A stretch of DNA of 54,361 bases from contig LVLI01000229.1 of NCBI GenBank assembly GCA_001687465.1, forward strand, positions 248,001-302,361. The letters run 5' to 3'. The notes beneath the pieces were generated by a model. It saw only the letters and a program-made list of their open reading frames with translations. It made no database searches and was not told where the DNA came from. Shown here in pieces: positions 1-11,448 of this stretch. The position numbers and the translations under genes were made by a program. This DNA comes from Halocafeteria seosinensis. Taxonomy: Eukaryota. The stretch's first letter is position 1. Every line of letters starts with the position of its first letter.

Positions 1-1707
1 ATAACGAGCTACACGTCCCTGAAGCTTTTGTAATGCTTCTCAAGTCTCGCAGTAACATCCTATCGGGACTCATGAGCCACTGTAACCACGATGTCTTACC
101 CCGTTGGCAACTCTCTTACCAGGGTGTGTGCTGGGATGCTACTGAGTAAAGTGAAATAAAAAGCAGACATGTCATCGCTAAACCATTTTCGATAACATTC
201 ATAATCCAATCACCAGAAGAACGCAATTACAGGCTTTTTGTACTCGTCGATCGGATGCACCATACCTCATGATATTGACTGTACAGGAAGTACCATTTTG
301 GAAATGTCCCCAGAATCTGGAACCAGACCCGCACTACTGTGTCAAAGTTATTCATGTTAATCAGTATCAATTTTGCAGAAGATGACCTCGCACAACTTTC
401 ACTGAACTACATTCGCCTTATAAATGGACTCGATTTAAATCTTTACACTGTACTTAAAAAGCTACAGCAGTTTGATTTGTATTGCTGCTGTGCATATACA
501 TCATGGAGATGCTTAAAGCATCATACGCGGGCGTGATGCGTCGTTCAGGCCATTTACAGGTTAGTAACCTGAGGTTACCGGGTGACCCGGACAACGAATA
601 AGCTGTTTATCGTGACAGTAGCGAGGAAATTATGGTGATCTGTTGATGGGTTTTCAACAACAGTATCATCCACGTGAAATTGTGGCCATCCGAAAAACTG
701 GGCAAGTTTGTTCTGCTGTTCTTGTTCTTCGGGTCCGTCCTCCGATGCCGACTGCAGTCCACTGGAGCCCATTCGTGTGTACAACCCTTGCCGCAGATGC
801 ACATTGTGAGTGTAGCATTCGAATAATTCCGACTAAAATTTCCCGTACGCTTCGTATGTTCGTATCGAACTGCATAGAACCACTCTCCCTCTTCATGATT
901 CTTCGATCACTCTGCACAAACTTTAAGGGCAGGCGCGTGTAGAGTGCTTCAAGGCGTCCTATAATGAACCAACGACACACGTTCCCGTACCGGTAATTGG
1001 CAACATACAAGTACTGAGATGGCGCTCAATAGTACTCTGTACTGCGTTGTACGGCCTCTTTGGCCACTACTACGTTGCATCCTGTAGCTAGAGACGCGGG
1101 AATGCTGAGAGAGTTGGAGGAGCATGTGCCACATAAGAGTGACCGTCTCACTCTAAAAGTGCAGAAGGCCGGCATCCTAAGGCCCGCGGGCAGCCGCGGG
1201 CCTGATTCAAGTTGCAACTTGAAGTGGCGGCACTCCGCATGCGGCGGCCCGCTGGCGGGACTTCTCAGGACATTTCCTAAGGCGGCAGTCGAAGCCCTCA
1301 CCATGTTAACACGCGCAACCGTGGATACTAGAAATAGGTCCCTATTTAAAAAAGCGCATCAGTGCTAGTGTATTCGGATCAAATGAATACAACGGGCCAC
1401 ATTGTCTGTATGCATTCAGGCGTCTCAACAACAAGAAGAACCGCGTGCGCCTTGGACAAGGGACCGAAACGGCTCATGGGCTACCTTGACCAATCTTCTA
1501 ATTGGCCTCATTCTTTCCCCTCGTAGTAGCCCCCTCGTGCTTTTCGTCGTTTTCCCGGGGATAGGTTACTCCGAAGTTTCTATGTGTGTTCTTCCGTACA
1601 TAGAAGCATGATTGTCGGCAGAATTGTCGTGTCTACGGATAGTCCGCCCACCTCCACAAGTAAAAAAAGGAGCCACGAATTACCTTAGTCCTACCCAGAG
1701 CGGAAAA

Positions 1708-4700
1708 ATGCTGAAAACAAGAACGAAGCAAAAGATCCCCTCCAAAACGAAGTACATCTTTCTCTTCGCGTTGGCGGCTCTTTTCTTGCACAGTCTTCCT
1801 GATACGGAGGCCAAAAGATGCGGCTGTGGGAAAGAGGAAAGGACAAAAAAAATTCGGAAATGCCGTAGGGTCTTGTTTTGGCTCCACTGTTGGGACAAAA
1901 AGGTTCCATACTGTCGTCGTTGCAAGGCCGGCGAGTATAGTGGTTGGCGGAGCAACACTTGCAAAAACTGTGGCCCCGGTCGATACTCTTCAAGAAACGG
2001 GTGGTGCTCCTGTAGGAAATGCAGTTGGGGCCGATACTCCAGTGGCAGGAGGAACACGGGATGCAAGACTTGTAATGCCGGAAGATACGCGAATAGCAAG
2101 CGGGCTGCTACAGGCTGCAAAAACTGTCCTGCGGGAAAATACGGGAAGTCTTCCAGAAAGTGGAAGTCAAATGCATGCAGAAGTTGTGGGCCGGGAAAAT
2201 CCTCCAATGCCGGTTCGAGGGGATGCAAAAGATGTGGATGGGGAACGTAAGTCCCTAACAGACGTAGAAACAGCTTGTTTGAACATTTACTTTGGCGATA
2301 CGCTCTTACTGCAGATATGCCTCGGGATATAGAAACTCTTCCTGTAAAAAGTGTCAACGTAAGTTCGGTGTTTCTGTCTACACATCTTGAGTTCATCCCA
2401 ACTCTGCGACTTTACAGCTGGACGTGCACACCGCAATACCCGACAAAGTAGCTGTCCGAAATGCAACGTTGGGAGATACGCTAGTGGTTACGGAAACAAC
2501 TGGTGCGTTGATCAGTCCGACGTTGTAGTAGGCTACAAGGATTCATCAGTATGACATGCAGGTGTAGAGGTTGTAAAGGAGGAAAGTACGCGTCACGTCG
2601 GGGTCAAAGTGGCTGCAAATGGTGTAACTACGGCCGGTATTCTTCCTACGCCTCTCGGTACTGCTCAAACTGTCCTTCCGGTCGGTATCTGCCCTGGCGA
2701 GGCACGAAAAGCAAAAACTGCAAAAACTGTCAGAAGGGTCGATATCAGCAAAGCGGGGGGCAACGCTCTTGTCGACGATGCCCAAAAGGTAGATACAACC
2801 CATACAGTCGTCAGAGAAACATCAACGCCTGTACGTGTATAACATATTTGTAACATAAGTGGTCCAGCTTTTGAGCCACCGAAACTGCAGGCCGCAATTG
2901 TCCGAAAGGCAAATACTATCCATCGTCTGGAGGTAAGTCGCCTAGTGCACAGCTAACAAGAGCTATCAGCAGGTCGTATATGTATATTTGGCGACACTTG
3001 CAGCTAAATATAGGGGTAAGCCCTTTTGGTAAAACAAATTCGAATGCATTGTTCTACTATTGACTGGTTGGAATTCGGGAAATATACAGGCTGGTGCAGA
3101 TGGTGCAACTACGGAAAATTTAACAACAACTGGGGACAGGGCAGTTGCTCCGACTGCCCGGCCGGCCAATACCAGAACTGGAAAGGAAGAAGAGGTATTG
3201 GAGTATTATATTTTGAGACAAGTAATCACTGCAGTTAGTGGCTCACTTTGCTACGCTCACAGGCTGCAAGAATTGTAATCCGGGAAAATATCAACGAAAA
3301 TCGGGGAAAAGATGGTAATGCGATTGCAATGCTAAATTAAAATGACCTCATGTGCTGGACTGCGCTGTGTCACTGCAGGTGTTATTCCTGTCCAAAAGGA
3401 AGATCTTCCTCCAGTAAAGCTAAAGGCTGTTTCAAATGTCCTGCGGGAGAATTTAACAACGATCGTGGCTCAACTTGCAAGTCTTGCCCCTCGCATCGAT
3501 TTTCTATTCCAGGCTGGTCTTCATGCAAACGATGTACAAGAGAACCTGCTATTCGACGCATGGATACCAATAGTCCCTGGAAACCCGTCCAACCTGCGGT
3601 CAAGCAGTGCCCCGACTTCTGCAAAGGGAACAACTATATGCATAACTTCGGGGATTGCCGAAGATGTCCGTCAGGGACCAAACCAAAGGGGAATCGCCGC
3701 GGCTGTGTGCGGATTAGAAACGGCTGCCCTGCAGGAAAATATACATATAGAAGAGAAAATGGGATCATTGAGCTATGGGAATGCCGAAGTTGTCCGAGTG
3801 GGCAAACTAGCAGAAAAGGTGCCACAAAGCGAAGCGACTGCTTTGTCGACAGCTGTAGTGCTGGCTCCTACAAGTCGGGAAGTCATTGTGTCAGTTGTCC
3901 ATCAGGCAAATATCAATCAACTTCACACAAGGGGAGCAGCTGTAGCGGTGTTTGCCCCAAAGGAAGATTTGGGAGAGGCCGGGGCAAGAAAAGTTTATCA
4001 AGCGCCTGCTCTGGCTGTCCCAGTGGGCAGTATAACGGAAACATGGGTAGCTCATCGTCTGCAGCCTGCAAATCATGTAACGCTGGGCAGTATTCATCAT
4101 CTTCTAGTGGTAGCTGCTCTAGATGTCAGAGTGGCAAGGTTCAAAGTGAAAGTGGCAGCTCCTCATGTCGTAACTGCCCCTCAGGCACAGTCAGTAACAG
4201 CCAGCGCACTCTATGCGAAGTCCGTACTTGCTCTAAAGGAGAGCGTTTGAAGAGAGTGGGCCACTATGAAACGTGCGAGAAATGCTCTAGCGGGAAATAC
4301 AGACCAAGTGCTGGGAAGCATGGCAGTTGCATATCGTGCCCAGCTAACTCTCAAGCTAGCAGCGGTTCAAGTACTTGCCGGTGTAAACCTGGGTTCAAAC
4401 AGACGAGCTGGCGACTGCTTTTCGAGGACATTCAGGACCAAGATTTTACGGCTCGAGAGCTCAAGGAGAGCGATGAGAGTTCACCACCATCTCAGTATTA
4501 TGTCAATATTCTGAGGGATCAATGTGCTGGGGGGTCAGATGAAGCTTGCCAAATGAACCAAGCACTTCAAAACATATCGCTTCCGGTTGCCGCACACTAC
4601 ATCGACCGAAATCAGACTTACTCTATCCGCTCTCGCCAAGCAAGAAATTTACTCCCGTCTAAAGCCCGTGGCCTGGTGCCTAGCTGTGCCGCGTGTCCCA

Positions 4701-7700
4701 GTGGTAAGGTGCAACCCGACGATGGCAAAGCCTCGTGTAGAGTATGTCCATCAGGGTCGGTCCCGAACTCTGGGAGAACGTTCTGCTCGCTGTCGGATAA
4801 CTGCGGCAAAGGGCAGAGATACAATGAAGGCAGCTACTACGAAAACTGTGTAGATTGTGCCGCCGGTAGGTTTCAATCTGAAGCAAACCACAAAAATAGT
4901 AAATGTGAACCCTGTCCATCCGGTAAAGAGTCATCAAAAGGAAGTTCATTCTGTATCCCTGAACGATGTACCGCTGGAACGCGCTACGACGCCGGCAGTC
5001 GAGAGTGTGTCACGTGTCCTGGGGGTCAAGTTAAGGTAAATGCACATACTCGGGATACAACGTGTACAGATTGTCCTACTGGTAAGTGGAGTAACTCGGG
5101 CAGAACAGAATGCAAGGCGTGTCCCGCAGGTAGACGACGTGGGAGTGGAGACAACGGCTGCATCCAATGCGCACCCGGATTCTATTCAGCCAGTGGTGCT
5201 TCAAGTTGTCGCCCCTGTGGGATTGGACTGTATGGGAGTGGGGACGATAGAAGCACTGAAGCATCTGCATGTGCACGATGTCCCGCTGGAAAAGTGAACC
5301 CTAAGGAAGGTCAAAGCGGTGAAACATCGTGTCGTTCCTGTCCTGCCGGCACATGGAGCGACAACGACAATAGACTGTGCGTAACGTGTGACGCCGGGAA
5401 GTACCAAAGCTCCAACGGCTGCAAGCTATGCAGTTCCGGAACATGGTCCGATGACAAGGTCTCGTCTTGTACTAGTTGTCGAGCTGGAAAATATGGACGT
5501 GGATCTGGGAAAACAAGTGAACATGACGGTTGTGCTTCTTGTCCCGCAGGAAGAGTTTCGACTTCCAGAGGAGCCTCTTCGATTGATTCATGTAAAAAGT
5601 GTGGGGTCGGCGAGTGGAGCAACAGCGACAATACCAAATGCACCACGTGTACGCCAGGACGCTATTCTTCCAAAGATACGGACGGGTGCCAAAACTGCCC
5701 TATCGGGAAGTATTCAGCGCACTCGGGGGCCTCAACTTGTGATGTTTGTGGTGCTGGAAAATACGGAACCGGATCTGGAGAATCCAGCGAGGCCGATGCT
5801 TGCCTTTCATGTCCTAGTGGAACCGTTAGCCAAGTCGAGGGGGCTACATCCTCCAGCACATGCTTTTCTTGCCCTTCAGGAAAGTGGACTTCTGGATCCA
5901 GCCGCACATCTTGCGAAAAGTGTGAGGCTGGGAAAAAGCAGACAGAAGAAGGGTGTGTCACTTGTGGAAAAGGGACCTATGCAGGAGCTGGAGAAACAAG
6001 CTGTACTTTGTGTGCAGCTGGAAAGTACAATCCTTCCACGAAGTCGACATCAAAAAGTAGCTGTCGATTATGTCCAAGCGGGACTAAAGGATCGGACAAG
6101 GGTGCAACCTCCAAAGGCCATTGCGAAGCTTGTCCACCAGGTTGGTGGAGCAACCATGACAACACAGGCTGCGTTGCTTGTAGCCCTGGACAATATCAGA
6201 CTCCTTCTGGCTGCCAACGATGTGATGCGGGGACGTATAATGAGAACTTTGCGTCCACAAGTTGTAAGAGCTGTCCGGCGGGGACCCACTCGTCGACAGT
6301 TGGAGCCACATCAGACGCCACCTGTACGCCTTGCCCAGCAGGCAAAGTGGGAACAGAAGAGGGGGCAACTTCGGCTCTGAGCTGTTCCGCATGTGATCCT
6401 GGCACTATAGCTGCTTCTGATGGTCTAACAAGTTGTAGTGTTTGCTCAGCTGGTAAATTTCAGGAGCACGGAGGACGTTCTACCTGTGATTCATGTTCTG
6501 CCGGTTACTATTCCTCTTCCGCGGGTAGCACAAGTTGCGAGGCCTGCAAGTCAGGTACTAGATCCGCCAAGGATGGCGCAACACAATGCACAGATTGCCC
6601 CGCAGGAACTGCTCAAGGGGGAACGGCACAGACAGCCTGTACCGTTTGCTCTTCCGGATTTTACTCCTCATCAGAAGGTAGTCTCGAATGTGCACCCTGC
6701 TCTGCAGGGAAAATTTCCGCAACCGAAGGGAAAACCACCTGCGAGGAGTGCCCAGCTGGGAGAGCGCAGGCTAAGGAAGGCCAATCCAGTTGTTCTACTT
6801 GTGCAGCGGGCCGCTATGCGGGAAGCTCGGGAAGCAAAACCTGCCGTGCATGCAATGCGGGGAAATTCGCTGCATCCTCTGGGGAGACTGCGTGTGAAGA
6901 GTGTGCGAAAGGGACTGCCCAGGGCGACAGTGGGCAGTCGAGCTGTTCCTCTTGTTCTGCTGGTTTCTATGCTGACACAACTGGTAGCACAGAGTGTGGT
7001 GCTTGCGAAGCTGGGAGTATTGCGGAGGAAGATAACGCTAGTAAATGTACCCTGTGCCCAGCAGGTACTGCTCAAGGAAGCGAGGGACAATCTGCGTGTA
7101 CAACATGCTCTGCTGGCCTGTATGCCTCTTCCGAAGGGAGGACGAAATGCACTGAGTGTTCAGCGGGGAAAGTCTCGGCAACGAATGGTGAAACTGGTTG
7201 TACCCAGTGTGAATTGGGAGCCTTTCAAGGGAAAAAGGGAGAAACAACGTGTGAACTCTGTTCGCCTGGCTACTATGCTGGTAGTTTGGGGAGTACTGAT
7301 TGTGCGGCATGTGAGGCAGGTAGTATATCTTCAAATGAGGGTCAATCGCAGTGCGATGAATGCCCACCGGGAGCGTTCCAGAACGAGAAGGCTCAGTCAA
7401 GTTGTCGCCTTTGTTCTGCTGGATTCTATGGTGCCGAATCAGGGTTACACCAGTGTTTGGAGTGCGACGCTGGCACTATTTCGCCCTCCGAAGGGCAAAC
7501 GGAATGCAACGAGTGCTCAGCTGGCACCTATTCCAGTTCTAGTACAGCCTGTACAAATTGTCCTGTAGGATATGCTCAAGATGAAAGTGGTCAAGCCCAG
7601 TGTGCCATTTGTAAACCTGGAACTATCGCTGCCTCCGAGAAACAGAAACATTGTGGCCCATGTGCAGCTGGGTTCTTCCAACAAAGCAGTGGGCAAGGCG

Positions 7701-10700
7701 AATGTGTTGCTTGCTCCATCGGTCTCTATGGCTCTTCAAGTGGATTGTCCTCTTGTGAGGGCTGTGATGCTGGAAACTTTGCTCATAGGTCCGAATCTAC
7801 AAGTTGTTCTAAATGTCCTGCTGGAACGCGCAACAGTGGGTTTGATAAAGATACGTTGGCGATCCTGGAAGAAGCGGAAGAGAACTTCGTCAGTTTCTAT
7901 GATGTCTTCACCTATGGTGACTTGGAACTGGGCTCTTTCAGGCCCCCTTTGCGTGTTTATGGTAACGAAAAGGACAAGAAATTCGAAATGGTAACTCTCA
8001 CTGATCGCCGGCAATTACGGAGCGAGGCACGTCAATTATTTGGGTTCACCAACGACGATGACAAAAACAGTCCAGAGGAATATGTAAAACTACCAACACA
8101 TATCGACTACAACTTTAACGGGGCCGGATGCGTTATGTGCCTTCCAGGCAGGTTCTCTTCTAGTGAAGGAGGCTCTACGTGTCAAAAGTGTAAGGCAGGA
8201 ACTTACCAACCAGGAATGGGACATGATTTCTGTCGGTCCTGTAAGGCCGGCTACTTTTCTGACACCGATGGTGTTGCTGAATGCAAAGCATGCCCCGCTG
8301 GAAAGATGCAGAGCGAGGCAGGAAAGACTTCTTGCATCGACTGCAGCGAAGGTACCTTTTCAGCAACTGAGGGCAGCTCTGTTTGCGATAGTTGTAAAGC
8401 AGGGAGATACACCTCGGAGAAAGGGGCATCCGAGTGCACACTATGCAGTAGTGGTAAATTCCAGGACATAATCCGTCAATCGTCGTGCAAAGAATGTCCC
8501 ACGGGTACTTCCCAAAGTAAGCGGGGGCAAAGCGGTTGTAACGAATGTGGAGCAGGAACTGTCCAACCGTCTGAAGGTGAAGCCCAGTGTAATGAGTGTG
8601 ATGTTGGGAAGGTCCAGCCCGACGTCGGTCAGTTAGAATGCGTGGCTTGTACAAAAGGAAGATTCATGGACACGCGTGGACAGGCCGAGTGCCAGAAGTG
8701 TGCGAAAGGATACTACGGACCCAGCGAAAGTCTTGAAACCTGCGTCGAGGCAGGAAAAGGGCACTTCGTGGATACTGAGGGTGCCATTGCACGGAATAAA
8801 TGCCCTGCGGGAAAGTACGCCTCATCGACTACGTCTACTAGTAGCGAGTGTGATGGAAATTGCTTCGAGGGTTTTTTCTGTAGTGATGAAGGAAACACGA
8901 CACCAGATCCTGAAAAATGTCCTCCAAAACGATACGGGGAAGAAGGAGAAACGGATCCGCAGTGTACTGCCGACTGTTCTCCCGGTTACTATTGTCCCGC
9001 CGGCACCGGAAAGAGCACACAACTCCCCTGTGGAGGACCAAGTAAATATTGTCCCGGAAGCAATGATCTACCACTCGACATACCGGACGGTAGATATGGG
9101 GATATGGAGACCGCCATTGATGGATCTAGTGACAAACTGACTTCCACTCTGAGCTGCCATCCTGGCCACAGGTGTACAGAAGGACTCGAACTTAAATGTG
9201 CAGCCGGCCGGTACAACCCAGAGCATGGAGCGAGCGAATGTCCGCTCAAATGTAGTGCTGGATGGTTTTGCCCAGAAGGGTCTGTGAACGACAAGGAGGA
9301 AGCTTGTGGAAGTGGGGATCACCCAACCAAATTCTATTGCCCCGAAGGAACCTCAGAGAGAAAGAAAACAAAAGATTTTGTTGACACCGACAACCGAGGC
9401 ACGTACAGTACAGAGGTCAAGCTATCAGAGAAGCATCGGACTGGAGAATCTCCTTGTCCTCCGGATTATGTCTGCAGAAATGGAATACAGAAAACGTTTA
9501 TCGAATATACTGATGAAGTCTGTGGGCCTGACGCCGTTTCTCTTCCATCTATCAGTTCTCAGTCCTTCGACGGGTCTCACATCGAGCTCTTCCGAGTAAA
9601 ACTCCGTAATAACATGAAAGACAGAGACGTGGAAACTGGAGATACGGTGGTGACCATGGGAAAGACAACTCAATGGCCCGGATGTAATCTTCCTCCGGGT
9701 CGCCTAGGCTCACTATTCATTTTGGACCCCGACACACTCTCCATCTCTATAAATAAGCAGGCAGAAAACATTGATCCTGTTAGCTGCCCCTTTTTTCGAA
9801 CTTCCCTCACAGCGAAGGCTGCAGGTTCTCCCCCTGGAGTGGAGCAACAGTGTACGTTCACTATTCACACTCACAAGAACGTCCTGGCCCCAGTGTTCGC
9901 CAGTACCGCTATCAGCGTGACAAAAGATCGCGGATGTGCTATAGAGAAAGACACAGACAACAACCCAGAATGGGGAGGAAAACTTGTATGTTGGGGAGAC
10001 CCAGGTGAAACTGCGAGGTTAACGCCTCCAGCCTCGAGATCTGCTAGTCATGGCTTCATTATGGTTGCAAGCAGTTGGTACCATAGCTGTGGACTAACTA
10101 GCAACGGAAATATTCAATGTTGGGGAAGGATACCGGATGACATCAACATGGGGGGAGTGCAAGAATTCATTTTCGAGGAGTTATCGGGTCCTTTCTCGAG
10201 TGTTGCCGTTGGTATAGGCAGCACGTGTGCACTGACGGGAGGAAGTGACGCTGGTGTGGCAAAGTGCTATGGGAAGAATGTGAACGCTTACAAGCCCGAA
10301 GGGGAAAATTTCATCCAAATTTCCATTGGAGATAAGAGTGTCTGTGGGATAACTTTTCAAGGAAAAATACGGTGTTGGGGACAACCGGAGTTTGGCTTGA
10401 CAACTGATTACCCCAAAGACGATACACCAGGGACGTCCGGGGAGTATATATCTGTGTCCGTTTCAGAATCGAAGAGCGCATGCGCTATTGGTACAGATGG
10501 CGCCCTCGTTTGCTGGGGCATGCGATTCCTCCGTGAAGATGAAAGTGGCCGAGTGATTAACCATGGGCCCTTCGTGTATGATGGGGTATATGATAAAGTT
10601 ACGGTTGGTTTCGGCTGGCACTGCGCTCGGTTGAAAGATACGAAGTCTTTGCGATGCTTCGGTGACTATTCCGTACTTCGCCCTCTACCCAGTGGTACAG

Positions 10701-10855
10701 TGAAAGAACTAGTGGGAGATGAGGAGTCATTATGCCTAATCTTGGGAAGTACAGATCAAGTTTACTGCTACGGAGCTGTTGAAGATTATTTCGAGGCACT
10801 CTTGGATACTCCAGCATACGAAGACGGACTTACTCCTGTCATCAGTATGGGATAA
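1708..10855 (+). CDS. Giant secreted cysteine-rich repeat protein (~2874 aa): signal peptide, dozens of CxxCxxG (Ephrin_rec_like/GCC2_GCC3-type) repeats, one degenerate cadherin-like domain, C-terminal RCC1/BLIP-II-like propeller
   Basis: Exons 1708-2246, 2315-2358, 2418-2502, 2562-2830, 2891-2932, 3004-3015, 3090-3194, 3263-3314 and 3379-10855 join through 8 GT-AG introns (59-74 nt) into one frame. The N-terminus is hydrophobic (YIFLFALAALFLHSLPDTEA). HSCGLTSNGNIQCWG-type repeats lie at ~9900-10790. No C-terminal TM segment is seen. Confidence 0.85.
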
Positions 10856-11340
10856 CAACTGACAAGCACCGATCGTGCAAATAGAATAAACATCAGAGAA
10901 ATACTATTAAGAGCGCCTACAGTATACAGTAAGTTACTCGTGACGGCATCATAGAGAGTATATGTAACTACAACTGACCAGATACTGTACAACGTACTAC
11001 AGTACGCTTCCTCATCACCACGTGTATAGCAACTTTGCTTAACAAGTGAGATCGGAAATTCTGCCTTTTTTCTGCAACCCTTGGTGGAATTGAGTCTCAC
11101 TTTCCGCATTCCTTGCAAGCTATCTCACTAACCTTAGGCACATTCTTCATGTTTCGTAGTGCATAAGCAATAACTGAACCGGAAATATGTACAATACACT
11201 GAGAACTACAGTGTAGATAGCTAACTAACCGTCCGATCCTTCCTTCTCGGCCCGAATTCTTCCACTTTCCCATATAAAATTTTTATTTATTTTTTTTCAA
11301 CACATACTTGGCGGTGTAAATTGAGCATCAAGTTCCACCC

Positions 11341-11364
11341 GATCCGGGCTTTCGGCCCGGATCC
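11341..11364 (+). promoter_or_regulatory. Spaced palindrome GATCCGGGC-N5-GCCCGGATC upstream of CFAP221
   Basis: A perfect 9-bp inverted repeat; a near-identical copy lies at 43808-43830 upstream of FBP. Confidence 0.45.
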
Positions 11365-11448
11365 CTAACGGTCGCATAAGGAACCCAATACCATGAATGG
11401 TTTGTTTCGAGGCCTTTTGGTGCCTCCCATGTCGTTCCACCACTGAGA

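Noticed and set aside
1..1150. Short minus-strand ORFs with splice-like signals (575-802, 666-1010, 949-1134)
   Set aside because: I could not join them into a continuous frame or recognise a family; they may be a decayed gene.
3342..9700. Long alternative-frame and antisense ORFs inside the giant Cys-rich gene (e.g. 5388-6380, 6438-7568)
   Set aside because: They are shadows of repetitive codon usage with no protein-like motifs.
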